Assembly (NCBI GenBank): GCA_051971635.1
Contig: JBFPLN010000004.1
Coordinates: 32,001-96,000 of the forward strand
DNA length: 64,000 nt
Reading direction: 5' to 3'
DNA from: Candidatus Atelocyanobacterium thalassae
Lineage (GTDB): Bacteria > Cyanobacteriota > Cyanobacteriia > Cyanobacteriales > Microcystaceae
The position numbers and the translations under genes are program-made. The notes below the pieces were generated by a model. That model worked only from the letters and a program-made list of their open reading frames with translations, did not search any database and was not told the origin of the DNA. Position 1 is the first letter of the stretch. Each line of letters opens with the position of its first letter. Shown piece after piece: positions 54,447-64,000 of this stretch.

Positions 54447-55327
54447 ATAAGCAGCAGATAAGTACTTTGAGTATAGTAAATATCCTTGGTATTACTCTAT
54501 CTAAATATAATTTTTACAATGAATTTTTTGCAAAAGCAAAACAAGCACATAAGAAAATTACTTTTTTTTGCTTAAATTACCTATGTTGGAATCAGAGAAC
54601 TATTTTTAATAAAGTATTAAGATTTCGTGGAATTAGTACATTAGCTTTAGCTATAAAAATTGATAATTTATCTACTTTAAAACAAACTAAGATGAATTTC
54701 TATACTGTTCCAGGCGAGATATGTTTAAAAATATCTACTAAAGCAAATTGTATGGAAAAAGCATCTACTATTATTCAGCCAATTATTACAGAAATACACA
54801 AAGTTACTGAATTAGACTGTTATGGTAATGATTATGATACTTTAATTAAAATTGTTGCAAAATTATTAGTAGAAAGCCATAATACAGTCTCCGTCGCAGA
54901 ATCGTGTACAGGAGGAGGTTTAGGTGCAATATTAAGCTCTTCTCCTGGTAGTTCAAACTATTTTTCTGGCGGTATAATTGTGTATAGTAACCAAGCGAAA
55001 ATATCTTTATTAGAAGTTTCAGAAAAAGAGCTAGGTATTCACGGAGCAGTAAGTTCCAGTATTGCAAAACAAATGGCTTTAGGTGTTAAAAAAAAATTAG
55101 GAACTTCTTGGGGACTAAGTATTACTGGTATTGCTGGACCAGGAGGAGGAACAAGAATGAAGCCTGTTGGCCTAGTATATATTGGTATTGCTGATCCTGA
55201 AAACAAATCTAATAGTATAAGATGTTTTTTCGGATCTCATACAAGAAACTTAATTCGTTCCCTGAGTGAATATAGTGCACTAGATCAGTTAAGAAGAAGA
55301 TTATTGATAAAAGCAAAGATGTTTTGA
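54443..55327 (+). CDS. cinA: Shortened CinA-like protein with intact C-terminal PncC (NMN deamidase) domain
   Basis: C-terminal [38 protein letters not shown]. Linker VLRFRGI is retained. N-terminal molybdopterin-binding-like domain is mostly missing. Confidence 0.88.
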   Translation: MNKQQISTLSIVNILGITLSKYNFYNEFFAKAKQAHKKITFFCLNYLCWNQRTIFNKVLRFRGISTLALAIKIDNLSTLKQTKMNFYTVPGEICLKISTKANCMEKASTIIQPIITEIHKVTELDCYGNDYDTLIKIVAKLLVESHNTVSVAESCTGGGLGAILSSSPGSSNYFSGGIIVYSNQAKISLLEVSEKELGIHGAVSSSIAKQMALGVKKKLGTSWGLSITGIAGPGGGTRMKPVGLVYIGIADPENKSNSIRCFFGSHTRNLIRSLSEYSALDQLRRRLLIKAKMF

Positions 55328-55436
55328 TAAATAGTATTTCTTTTATCTGTTATGAGATTCTAGTTATTTAAAAGATACCATGTCATATATGTATCTCATA
55401 TGAATATTCAAGTTAATTATATACGTTACAGTTTTA

Positions 55437-55510
55437 TGGACATAACTGGATTCGAACCAGTGACCCCATCGATGTCAACGATGTACTCTAACCAACTGAG
55501 CTATACGTCC
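55437..55510 (-). tRNA. trnV: tRNA-Val(GAC)
   Basis: Reverse complement GGACGTA-TAGCTCAGTTGGTTAGAG-TA-CATCG-TTGACAT-CGATG-GGGTC-ACTGG-TTCGAAT-CCAGT-TATGTCC-A folds as a cloverleaf. CCA is not encoded. Confidence 0.98.
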
Positions 55511-55897
55511 TTACTAGCCTAATATAACACAGTATCTTGCAATAATCATCTACATAAGAATAATAAGCTATGATTTATCTTGAAAAATTATTTTTCATAA
55601 ATCTTAAAAGAAATTAGAGTTTATTTTTATGAATATTGTTATCCATAACAGCTTATATCAGCAAAATACTGTGAGACTGGATGAAAATTAGTATATTAAA
55701 GTATTAAACTATTTATTAAAATATATTTAATAAATAGTAAAGTATAGAATTTCTTATAAAAAATACTGAATAAAAATATCATGTAGACTATTAAGCCTAA
55801 ATGTAATTATTATGTTCCTTTAAATAAATTTTTAAAAAATCTTACTAGTTTTTATACAAATATCAACTCTAAGCTATCAGTTTAAATACTTAAAATT

Positions 55898-56527
55898 ATG
55901 GAAAAATTAGTTGAATTTACTACAAGTGATTTGATCACCTATCCCATAGCTGAGACCTTTCATTCTATTCAAGGTGAAGGTATTTGGACAGGAGTAAGTG
56001 CATTCTTTATTCGTTTGGCCGGATGTAATGTTGGCTGCCCATGGTGTGATCAAAAGGAATCATGGAACTATAAAACATTTCCAAAATATTCTCCTGAAAC
56101 TTTAGCGATGGAAGCTTCTAAAGCTAGCGCCAGTATCGTTGTTATAACTGGTGGAGAACCTCTGATGTATGATTTATTTCCTTTAACTGATATATTACAG
56201 AAGTTCGGGATGCAAGTTCATTTGGAAACTTCTGGTTCCCATCCTTTAAGCGGTAACTTTAATTGGATAACATTCTCTCCAAAACCTTTTAAGGTTCCAC
56301 ATAGCAATATTTATGACAAAGCAAATGAGCTAAAAATCATCATAGCTAGTCAACAAGATTTTGAGTGGGCAGAAGAACAAAAAAATAAAACTAATTCTAA
56401 GTCAATTAACTTTTTACAACCTGAATGGAATAGTGATATGAGCAGTTCTTTGATATATGATTATGTCTGTAAACATCCTGAATGGCGCATAAGCTTACAA
56501 ACTCATAAGTTTTTAGGTATTAGGTAA
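55898..56527 (+). CDS. queE: 7-carboxy-7-deazaguanine synthase QueE
   Basis: ETFHSIQGEG, FIRLAGCNVGCPWCD, ITGGEP, LETSG, SPK, LQP, SLQTHK. Confidence 0.96.
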   Translation: MEKLVEFTTSDLITYPIAETFHSIQGEGIWTGVSAFFIRLAGCNVGCPWCDQKESWNYKTFPKYSPETLAMEASKASASIVVITGGEPLMYDLFPLTDILQKFGMQVHLETSGSHPLSGNFNWITFSPKPFKVPHSNIYDKANELKIIIASQQDFEWAEEQKNKTNSKSINFLQPEWNSDMSSSLIYDYVCKHPEWRISLQTHKFLGIR

Positions 56528-56529
56528 AT

Positions 56530-56587
56530 AATAAAAGCTATATTTCTTTGTAAAATCATGATTTTACAAAGAAATATAGCTTTTATT
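56530..56587. repeat. Perfect 58-bp loopless palindrome just after the queE stop codon
   Basis: AATAAAAGCTATATTTCTTTGTAAAATCA | TGATTTTACAAAGAAATATAGCTTTTATT. Confidence 0.95.
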
Positions 56588-56760
56588 TTGATTCAAAATA
56601 TGTTGCAAAAACGGCTTCATAATTCTAATTCACCTTACATCTGTAAAATTCGAATGATAACGATCTCAAAAATGAAGATATTTAATGTCAAATTCATACC
56701 ATTGAAAATATAGTTATAGAAAGTAAGTTAGTGACATAGCTTGTTTTTTAAAAAATTTTC

Positions 56761-56886
56761 TGCTAGCATATTAAAAAACGAAAGGGGCAGACCAGCATCC
56801 CAAATACCAATTTTAGCCCAAAGGCTACACCGAAGGACTTGCTTAGTTTTCGCCCCATGGTAGATGAGGGGTAAAACCAAATATAC
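56761..56886 (+). promoter_or_regulatory. Putative promoter and structured 5' leader of rimO-crhR
   Basis: Extended -10-like TGcTAGCAT at 56761-56769, then a GC-rich island with stems GGGGC/GCCCC, AGCA-TCC/GGA-TGCT and TAGCC/GGCTA. Confidence 0.6.
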
Positions 56887-58200
56887 ATGGTCAAAAAACC
56901 AGCTATTGCAATTTCACATCTCGGTTGTGAGAAAAATCGAATAGATTCAGAACATATTTTAGGACTACTAGCAACAGAAGGATATTCTGTCAGCTTAAGT
57001 GAAGATCTCGCTGATTATGTTGTCGTAAATACTTGTAGTTTCATCCAACAGGCTAGGGAGGAATCAGTTCGTACCCTAGTAGAGTTAGCCGAAAATAATA
57101 AAAAAATTATTGTTGCTGGCTGTATGGCTCAACATTTTCAAAACCAATTGCTTGAAGAATTACCTGAAGTTGTAGCGATTGTTGGTACAGGAAATTATCA
57201 AGATATTGCTAAAACCGTTCAACGTGTTGAGTCAGGTGAAAGGGTAATAGATATATCTCAGAAGCCTACTTTTATTGCTGACGAAACTATTCCACGCTAT
57301 CGAACTACTAATGAGGGAGTAGCTTACCTACGAATAGCAGAAGGATGTGATTATCGATGTACTTTTTGTATCATTCCTCATTTACGAGGTAACCAAAGAT
57401 CTCGCACTATTGAGTCTATTGTTGCAGAAGCCCAACAGTTAGCTAATCAAGGTGTGCAAGAGATCATTCTCGTTTCGCAGATTACTACGAACTATGGACT
57501 AGATCTTTACGGAAAAGTTCAATTAGCTGAGCTCTTGAGAGCACTAGGAAAAGTTGATATCCCTTGGATACGTGTTCATTATGCATATCCTACAGGATTA
57601 ACAACGGAAATTCTTCAGGCTTTTAAAGAAGTATCAAATGTTATTCCTTATTTGGATCTACCATTACAGCATTCTCATCCTAATATTCTAAAAGCTATGA
57701 ACCGGCCTTGGAAAGGAACAGTAAATGATGAGATTATTAAAGTCATAAAAGCATCTATCCCAGATGCTATTTTACGTACAACTTTTATTGTTGGTTTCCC
57801 TGGTGAAACGGATGAATACTTTGAACATTTAGTAAAATTTATCAAAAGACATCAATTTGATCATGTAGGAGTTTTTGTATTTTCTCCAGAAGAAGAAACT
57901 CCCTCTTACAAGATGTCTAATCAGGTTCCATTAGAAATAGCTCAAGAAAGGCGAGATTACTTAATGGAAATACAGCAGTCTATTTCTAGTAAAAAAAACC
58001 AACAATACATTGACACAATAGTAGAAGTATTAATTGAACAAGAAAATCCAAAGACTCATCAATATATAGGTCGTTCAATTAAATTTTCTCCTGACGTAGA
58101 TGGAGTTGTTTTTGTTAAAGGAGAAGCTCAATTAAACTCAATTGTTCCAGTTAAAATTACCAAAGCTGACGCTTATGATCTCTATGGAAAAGTTGTTTAA
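56887..58200 (+). CDS. rimO: Ribosomal protein S12 methylthiotransferase RimO
   Basis: [44 protein letters not shown] domain. Confidence 0.97.
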   Translation: MVKKPAIAISHLGCEKNRIDSEHILGLLATEGYSVSLSEDLADYVVVNTCSFIQQAREESVRTLVELAENNKKIIVAGCMAQHFQNQLLEELPEVVAIVGTGNYQDIAKTVQRVESGERVIDISQKPTFIADETIPRYRTTNEGVAYLRIAEGCDYRCTFCIIPHLRGNQRSRTIESIVAEAQQLANQGVQEIILVSQITTNYGLDLYGKVQLAELLRALGKVDIPWIRVHYAYPTGLTTEILQAFKEVSNVIPYLDLPLQHSHPNILKAMNRPWKGTVNDEIIKVIKASIPDAILRTTFIVGFPGETDEYFEHLVKFIKRHQFDHVGVFVFSPEEETPSYKMSNQVPLEIAQERRDYLMEIQQSISSKKNQQYIDTIVEVLIEQENPKTHQYIGRSIKFSPDVDGVVFVKGEAQLNSIVPVKITKADAYDLYGKVV

Positions 58201-58360
58201 GCTTAAATATTTATTTCCACATGCATTAAAGTGGAAACAAGAAATAACTTAGCAATAGTACTAATTAAAACAATAAGTAGCTTAAAAACTACTATTAAAA
58301 CCCTCACTATACCTTGTTAAATTTTCAACTTACAGTAAACCTATTAACTATAACGATCTT

Positions 58361-59794
58361 ATGACTATTTCTTTCGAGAACTTAGGACTATCCGAAATTC
58401 GTGTCAATAAATTAAAAGAGCTCGGATTTGAAAACCCTACTGAAATTCAAGAAAAAGCAATTCCTTTAATGTTAGAAGGACATGATGTTCTGGGGCAATC
58501 ACAAACGGGAACAGGCAAAACAGCAGCTTATTCTTTGCCTATTCTTGAACAAGTTAATATACAAAATCCCAATGTTCAAGTTTTAATCCTAACTCCTACC
58601 CGTGAGCTTGCCCAACAAGTTGCTGAAGCTTTAAAAGATTTTTCAGTAGAACGGCGTTTATATATATTAACTGTTTATGGTGGCCAATCTATAGATAGAC
58701 AAATTAGAAGCTTGGAGCGAGGAGTTCAAATTGTAGTTGGAACTCCAGGAAGGGTGATTGATCTTTTAGAACGGAAAAAACTAGTCTTAGATTCTTTAAG
58801 CTGGGCTGTCCTAGACGAAGCTGATGAAATGCTTAGTATGGGATTTATTGATGATGTAAAAACTATTTTAAAGAAAACACCTGAAAATCGTAATACTGCT
58901 TGTTTTTCCGCTACGATGCCAAGAGAGATAAGAGACCTCGTAAATCAATTTCTAAAATCTCCAGTAACTATATCTGTTGAGAGAACTCAGGCTGCTCCTC
59001 CTAGAATAGAACAAAATATATATATGGTTCCTAGAGGTTGGTCAAAACGAAAAGCATTACAACCTGTTTTAGAAATAGAAGATCCTGAATCAGCTATTAT
59101 TTTTGTCCGTACTAAACAAACGGCTTCAGACTTAACTACAAGATTACAAGAAATTGGCCACTGTGTAGATGAATATCATGGCAATCTTAGCCAATCTCAA
59201 AGAGAAAGATTAGTTCACCGTTTCAGAGATGGAAGAATAAAATTAGTTGTAGCTACAGATATTGCGGCAAGAGGTTTGGATGTAGAGGGTTTAAGCCATG
59301 TCATCAACTATGATTTACCAGATAATAGCGAAACTTATATCCATCGAATTGGGCGTACTGGAAGAGCTGGTAAAGAAGGAAAAGCAATTTCTATTGTAGA
59401 ATCTATTGATCGTCGAATGATTAGACAGATTGAACGAAAACTTCGCCAAAAAATAGATATTTGTAAAATACCCAGTCGTTCAGAAGTTGAAGCAAAAAGA
59501 TTAGATAAATTGCAAAACTTGATTAAAGAATCATTGGTAGGAGAAAGGATGGCTTCCTTTCTACCTTTAGTAAGTGAATTAAGTATAGAGTATGATCCTC
59601 AAGCAATTGCTGCTGCAGCCTTACAGATGATTTATGATCAAGACTGTCCTGATTGGATGAAAACTGACTGGGAAGTTCCTGAAGCAACGACACAAAAGCC
59701 GGTTATAACCCGTAAATCTCATAAATATGGTTCTAAAAGTGGTAAACATAATCGTAGCGTTAGTAAAGGCATTCGTAAAATAGTGAGCCATTAA
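58361..59794 (+). CDS. crhR: DEAD-box RNA helicase CrhR
   Basis: GTGKT, PTRELA, DEAD, SAT, HRIGRTGRAG; cyanobacterial C-terminal domain; follows rimO. Confidence 0.95.
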   Translation: MTISFENLGLSEIRVNKLKELGFENPTEIQEKAIPLMLEGHDVLGQSQTGTGKTAAYSLPILEQVNIQNPNVQVLILTPTRELAQQVAEALKDFSVERRLYILTVYGGQSIDRQIRSLERGVQIVVGTPGRVIDLLERKKLVLDSLSWAVLDEADEMLSMGFIDDVKTILKKTPENRNTACFSATMPREIRDLVNQFLKSPVTISVERTQAAPPRIEQNIYMVPRGWSKRKALQPVLEIEDPESAIIFVRTKQTASDLTTRLQEIGHCVDEYHGNLSQSQRERLVHRFRDGRIKLVVATDIAARGLDVEGLSHVINYDLPDNSETYIHRIGRTGRAGKEGKAISIVESIDRRMIRQIERKLRQKIDICKIPSRSEVEAKRLDKLQNLIKESLVGERMASFLPLVSELSIEYDPQAIAAAALQMIYDQDCPDWMKTDWEVPEATTQKPVITRKSHKYGSKSGKHNRSVSKGIRKIVSH

Positions 59795-60014
59795 GAATAT
59801 TACTTACTATCCATATTTAATAATATAATTCAATTACTTACTTATTTCCCATGTTAGAACTATGGCTCTAACATGGGAAATTTTATTTTTTGTTAAAAAT
59901 ATCTTTTCTAGAATTAAGAATAATCTTTGTAAAATAATTCTTTCATTCTCAAAAAACTTAAGACTCAAATTTGTTTCTTTATCATTTCTATATATAAATA
60001 ATAAAAATCAAAAT

Positions 60015-61298
60015 TTAGGTAATTATCGAAAGGCCTTCTACCAAGATAGATGGAGTGCAAATTGAATTGATCCAACATGAATCATTAGCTATCTCAATAG
60101 TATTTTCTAGAATTTTATAAACGTTGCCTGTTATTATGGAATTTTTTATTTTTCCATCTATTAAACCGTTATGAACAGAGTACCCTAAATTTACATTGAT
60201 AGAGAAATCTCCAGATATATCAATTTTTCCCCCTAAAACTGAGTCTACTATAATTCCTCGGTCTAATACTTTAATTAAACTTTTGAAATCTTCTTTTCCA
60301 GATTCTACTATCAAATTAACTAATATAGGTGTTGGATAACTTCTTAAATTAGGACGAAAACCGTTACCTGTACTTTTTGTTCCTAATATTTTCGCGTTAG
60401 TAAGATTACTATAGAATTGTTCTAAGTTACCTTTCTTAATTAAAGACAATTCTTGTGTAACTATTCCTTCATCATCAAAAGGAACAACATAAGACCTATA
60501 TCTTGGCTGTTGCGATAAAGTAAGAGAACTTGATATAACCTGTTTTCCTATTTTGTTGCTCCAAGGAGAAGTTTTTTCTAAAACAAATTTACTGTTAAGT
60601 GCTTCAGATACTGTATTCCAGAGCATAGATGCTCCATTAGGGGTAAATAGCGTTGGTACATAGCCTTTTGGGGCCAAAATGGTTTTTTCTCCCCATTTCA
60701 AGCGTTGTAAGATATTTTTTACTATTTGTTGAGTTTCAATTTTTTCTTGATTTACTTTGGTATCATAAACATTTATAGACTCTTTTCCTTTTGCTAATTC
60801 TAGTTCTATATAGTAATTGACCGATGATTTACTATACTCGCAGTGAAGTCCTAGTGAGTTTACTAAACATGTAGACTGTTCTAGATAAGTGAATTCTCCG
60901 TTGCAAATAGATTCTGTATAAATATTTCGTAATCGACTAATTGTATCTTTTCCTGACTTAATCAATTGTTCAATCGATATAAACTCTCCTTGATGAGATT
61001 GAAGGTTGACATATAAAGAATTAAGCTCAATGGTTTCATTACTATTGAGAGTCGATAAAGCGATCGCGTTATCGACTAACTTATCATTATCAAATTCTCC
61101 ATAAGCAACAGCTAATCCTGATGCACCTTCTTTCCATAGGCGTAAAGCTATCCCTTCTGATTGAGAATTTTCTAATCGTTTTAAATCATTGGTTTCAAAA
61201 AAGATAGAATCGGATTTAAGATTAGACTGATAAACTTCTGCATGAGAAGCACCTTTACGTAAAGCTAGATCTATTAACTTTTGTAGTCCGATATTCAT
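60015..61298 (-). CDS. TldD/PmbA family protein (second PmbA-like gene)
   Basis: AEVYQS, GIALRLW, PFDDEG, TGNGFRP, SGDFSIN, GNVY. Confidence 0.88.
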   Translation of the reverse strand: MNIGLQKLIDLALRKGASHAEVYQSNLKSDSIFFETNDLKRLENSQSEGIALRLWKEGASGLAVAYGEFDNDKLVDNAIALSTLNSNETIELNSLYVNLQSHQGEFISIEQLIKSGKDTISRLRNIYTESICNGEFTYLEQSTCLVNSLGLHCEYSKSSVNYYIELELAKGKESINVYDTKVNQEKIETQQIVKNILQRLKWGEKTILAPKGYVPTLFTPNGASMLWNTVSEALNSKFVLEKTSPWSNKIGKQVISSSLTLSQQPRYRSYVVPFDDEGIVTQELSLIKKGNLEQFYSNLTNAKILGTKSTGNGFRPNLRSYPTPILVNLIVESGKEDFKSLIKVLDRGIIVDSVLGGKIDISGDFSINVNLGYSVHNGLIDGKIKNSIITGNVYKILENTIEIANDSCWINSICTPSILVEGLSIIT

Positions 61299-61416
61299 AA
61301 CTTCAATATGATAGGATTTTAAGTGTGTAAAACTGAATTTAAATTAATATTTATTATTGTTAAGCTGTAAAATAAAGTTATTAGGTAATCTTAAAAAATT
61401 AATAATTGAAAACTTT

Positions 61417-61605
61417 ATGTCTGATAAATCTACATTCAATAAACAAGATACATTAAAAAATCAAAATGTCGAGCCAGATGCTAGTTATGTTAAGTTAGCT
61501 ATGCGTAATATGGTTCGTAAAAAAGTCACCTCTCTCAAACATTTTCTTGTAACGACTGTAGGACTACTAGCTTTTTTAATTGGTCTTGCTTACTTAACTC
61601 GTTAA
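61417..61605 (+). CDS. DUF3285 family small membrane protein
   Basis: SYVKLAMRNMVRK...SLKHF..T..GLL....GLAYLTR. Start set to the ATG at 61417. Confidence 0.88.
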   Translation: MSDKSTFNKQDTLKNQNVEPDASYVKLAMRNMVRKKVTSLKHFLVTTVGLLAFLIGLAYLTR

Positions 61606-61639
61606 TACTTGTATTAAAACTTATTTATGGGTTAATTGA

Positions 61640-61780
61640 TTTTATAATTACTGTATTTAAAATGATAAAAACTATTATGTCTTTTACTAGTAATTTAACC
61701 ATTTCAAAAAAAGATCATCCATATGGAAAAGAAAAAAAGTTTAATAAAAATGGTTTATTTCTTGTTTAACAGTAATAATA
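61640..61780 (+). pseudogene. Possible ybeY remnant
   Basis: Slot between DUF3285 and dgkA where I recall cyanobacteria having ybeY. Fragments H..., DHP (61713-61721) and SLIKM (61738-61752) resemble the YbeY C-terminus HLLGWDHP...SL..M across frameshifts. Confidence 0.35.
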
Positions 61781-61901
61781 TTGATATTTTAGAAATAAGA
61801 AACTTTGTTAATTATAATTGGTCTTTAGTAAAAGCCTTAACTTAGAATATATGCCAAGTCAATAGACTTTATAAAAAATAAGTTACTCTTTATACAAATT
61901 A

Positions 61902-62426
61902 GTGAAGTTAAAGATTATGAAAGCCGATTTTAAAATGAACCGTTTTTCTTCTACTGGATTGTTTTCAGATACAGCTAATCTAAAGCCAAATCATATTTCA
62001 CAACTAGTAAAAGAGAAATATCCTTCAGAAGTTAGAAGGAAGTCGGCTTGGCATATTTCTCCCAATATATTTCTAAGCTTTCAATATGCTTGGACAGGTA
62101 TTTGTTACACTTTTACTACACAGCGTAATTTCCGTATTCACACTGCTATGACAGTCATTGCTATTTGTATTTCTGGATTTTTAAAAGTCAGTTCAATTAG
62201 TATGGCTATTATTACTCTCACTTGCGCATTAGTATTAATTCTAGAATTACTCAATACAGCCTTGGAATCAATTGTTGATTTAACTGTCGGCCAGTCATAC
62301 CATGAACTAGCAAAAATTGCTAAAGATTGTGCTGCAGGCTCTGTTATGGTTTCAGCTATTGCAGCTTTATTAGTTGCATTTTTTATTATTACTCCACCTA
62401 TTTTAAATATAGTTTTTAACTCATAG
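61902..62426 (+). CDS. dgkA: Diacylglycerol/undecaprenol kinase (DgkA family)
   Basis: SFQYAWTG, QRNFRIH, LELLNTALESIVD, AKIAKDCAAG. Start is uncertain. Confidence 0.93.
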   Translation: MKLKIMKADFKMNRFSSTGLFSDTANLKPNHISQLVKEKYPSEVRRKSAWHISPNIFLSFQYAWTGICYTFTTQRNFRIHTAMTVIAICISGFLKVSSISMAIITLTCALVLILELLNTALESIVDLTVGQSYHELAKIAKDCAAGSVMVSAIAALLVAFFIITPPILNIVFNS

Positions 62427-62563
62427 TATTAGTAAATCAATTCTATTTATAAAGTTAAAATAATTTTTTTACTATTTAAACTTGTACTAGTAGTAATTGA
62501 AATCTAATTCAAGCTTAAATATTTAAGGAATTCACAAGCATATTTTATTTTTCAATATTTATA

Positions 62564-63367
62564 ATGAAAAGACGACATTTTATAGCCTATTCTGGTATCA
62601 GTACTCTATTTTTTTCTAAGATATTTCCAAATTTTCACTCTCCGTCTCTAGCTGCTCAAGAAAAAAATATAAATCCTTTATCAATTAAATATCTAGGACA
62701 TACATGTTTTTTATTTAGTGGTGGCGGCTTAAGAGTTTTGGTTAATCCTTTTAGAACTATTGGATGTACTGCGGGTTATCGCTTACCGAAAGTTGAGGCA
62801 GATCTAGTAATTATTAGTAGCCAGTTGTGGGATGAAGGAGCTACTGAAAATTTACCAGGTAATCCTCGAATATTATATGAACCAGGAGTATATAAAATTA
62901 ATGGATTAGGATTTCAAGGTATTAGTATTGATCATGATAGGAAAGGTGGAAAACAATTTGGAAATAATGTTGCTTGGCGTTGGATACAAGCAGGTATCCA
63001 TATAGTGCATTTAGGTGGAGCAGCAGCACCAATTGATTTAGAACAAAAAATCTTACTAGGCAATCCTGATATTGCTTGTATTCCAGTAGGTGGTGGTCCA
63101 AAAAACTATAATGCTGTGGAAGGAAGGCAAGCGATGCAAGTCTTGAACCCTAAAATAATGATTCCAACTCATTACCGCACTTCTGCTGCTGATATAGAAA
63201 ATTGTGATATTGATCCATTAAATAAATTTTTGGAATTAACGAAAAGTATAAATACAAAAAAAATACATAGTAATGAGTTTTCTTTAACTCATAAAGACTT
63301 ACCTCAGAAGGATACAAGTATATATATATTTGACCACGAGTCATTATTGACAAACCAAAATACTTAG
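62564..63367 (+). CDS. MBL-fold protein with a Tat-like signal peptide
   Basis: MKRRHFI...SLAA, YLGHTCF, HLGG, PVGGG, IPTHY. Canonical HxHxDH motif is degenerate (SSQLWDE). Confidence 0.85.
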   Translation: MKRRHFIAYSGISTLFFSKIFPNFHSPSLAAQEKNINPLSIKYLGHTCFLFSGGGLRVLVNPFRTIGCTAGYRLPKVEADLVIISSQLWDEGATENLPGNPRILYEPGVYKINGLGFQGISIDHDRKGGKQFGNNVAWRWIQAGIHIVHLGGAAAPIDLEQKILLGNPDIACIPVGGGPKNYNAVEGRQAMQVLNPKIMIPTHYRTSAADIENCDIDPLNKFLELTKSINTKKIHSNEFSLTHKDLPQKDTSIYIFDHESLLTNQNT

Positions 63368-63403
63368 TCTACTTGTGCTGGACCATTCAAAATGGTAGCT
63401 AAA

Positions 63404-64000
63404 TTAATTCTCTCCTAAAACTTCATGAAAATTAAACTCTGGCGCAGCCAAGACAAATATTATTGTTGGTAATGCTTTAGTCCATTGCTGTAATTTTTCA
63501 TAGTTAGGAACAAATGATTTATCAGGAGACGGCATGCCCAAAAACACAAAATCTGCTCCGATTGAAGACTCTTCTAAAATCGTGGTAAAACTACGTCCAT
63601 TGGAAAGAATAACTTCTGATGTTGCACCAATTCGTAAATCTTGAACTAATTTTCCTAAATTTTGCTGAGCTTCTTTAACAGCACTTTCATCAGTAACTAC
63701 TAGCTTTAAATGAATTTTGCCTTTTCTCCACTGAGGGTTTGAACATAGTAAGTAAGCTAAAACTAACATTAAGCTACCATTTCCTTGTCTTCCACCACTC
63801 CACCATACATCTATATGACAACGACGATTTTTGGATTCTTTCCATGGGTTATATAATAAATCAGGATTTTCTCTTAAAACAATTACATTTCTCTGTGCTC
63901 TGTGAAAATTGGCAATCATTTGACAATAACGTTCACGGTGAGTAGTCTGCTGAGAATCACCTAATAAAATTGTATTCGGAACAATTGATCCTAGTCCATA
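63404..64000 (-). CDS. Cation-chloride cotransporter (SLC12-like) / amino acid permease, C-terminal part
   Basis: Frame is open to the window edge (YGLGSIVPNTILLG...). IDVWW...NGSLMLVLAYLL, S..AD.VFLG, LPT. Confidence 0.85.
   Translation of the reverse strand, partial: YGLGSIVPNTILLGDSQQTTHRERYCQMIANFHRAQRNVIVLRENPDLLYNPWKESKNRRCHIDVWWSGGRQGNGSLMLVLAYLLCSNPQWRKGKIHLKLVVTDESAVKEAQQNLGKLVQDLRIGATSEVILSNGRSFTTILEESSIGADFVFLGMPSPDKSFVPNYEKLQQWTKALPTIIFVLAAPEFNFHEVLGEN

Noticed and set aside
55300..55900. Possible integration site or island at tRNA-Val
   Set aside because: No integrase, no duplicated tRNA 3' end noticed, and the flanks are housekeeping genes.
59862..60065. 67-aa ORF after crhR
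   Set aside because: Low-complexity F/K/N/I composition, overlaps the convergent pmbA end, and shows no homology I recognise.

Overview
Very AT-rich, gene-eroded cyanobacterial DNA. It carries one contiguous nitrogen-fixation cluster (about 13.2-35.5 kb). The left arm runs leftward (DUF2949-nifV-nifZ-nifT, then an ArsC-like gene). The right arm runs rightward (nifB-nifS-nifU-nifH-nifD-nifK-nifE-nifN-nifX-DUF683-nifW-hesA-hesB-fdxH-hypothetical-modBC-fdxB). It is flanked by housekeeping genes, photosystem I genes (psaF, psaJ), a cytochrome b6f gene (petM), mreBCD/rodZ, valS, tRNA-Val(GAC) and rimO-crhR. The Cyanothece/Crocosphaera-type nif order, retained PSI genes, pervasive gene decay and the nifH sequence point to UCYN-A (Candidatus Atelocyanobacterium thalassa, the haptophyte nitroplast), probably a non-A1 sublineage. 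This is my recognition from memory, not a database result. I saw no mobile elements or CRISPR array. The most interesting signals are non-coding: (1) fossil genes still readable in spacers (fdxN, DUF269, probably ybeY) and an internally deleted cinA; (2) unusually long perfect palindromes placed directly after stop codons, two of them exactly 58 bp with no loop; (3) a GC-rich rimO-crhR leader with two mutually exclusive folds; (4) a motif-rich divergent nif control region. All alignments were done by eye against remembered family sequences and need computational confirmation.
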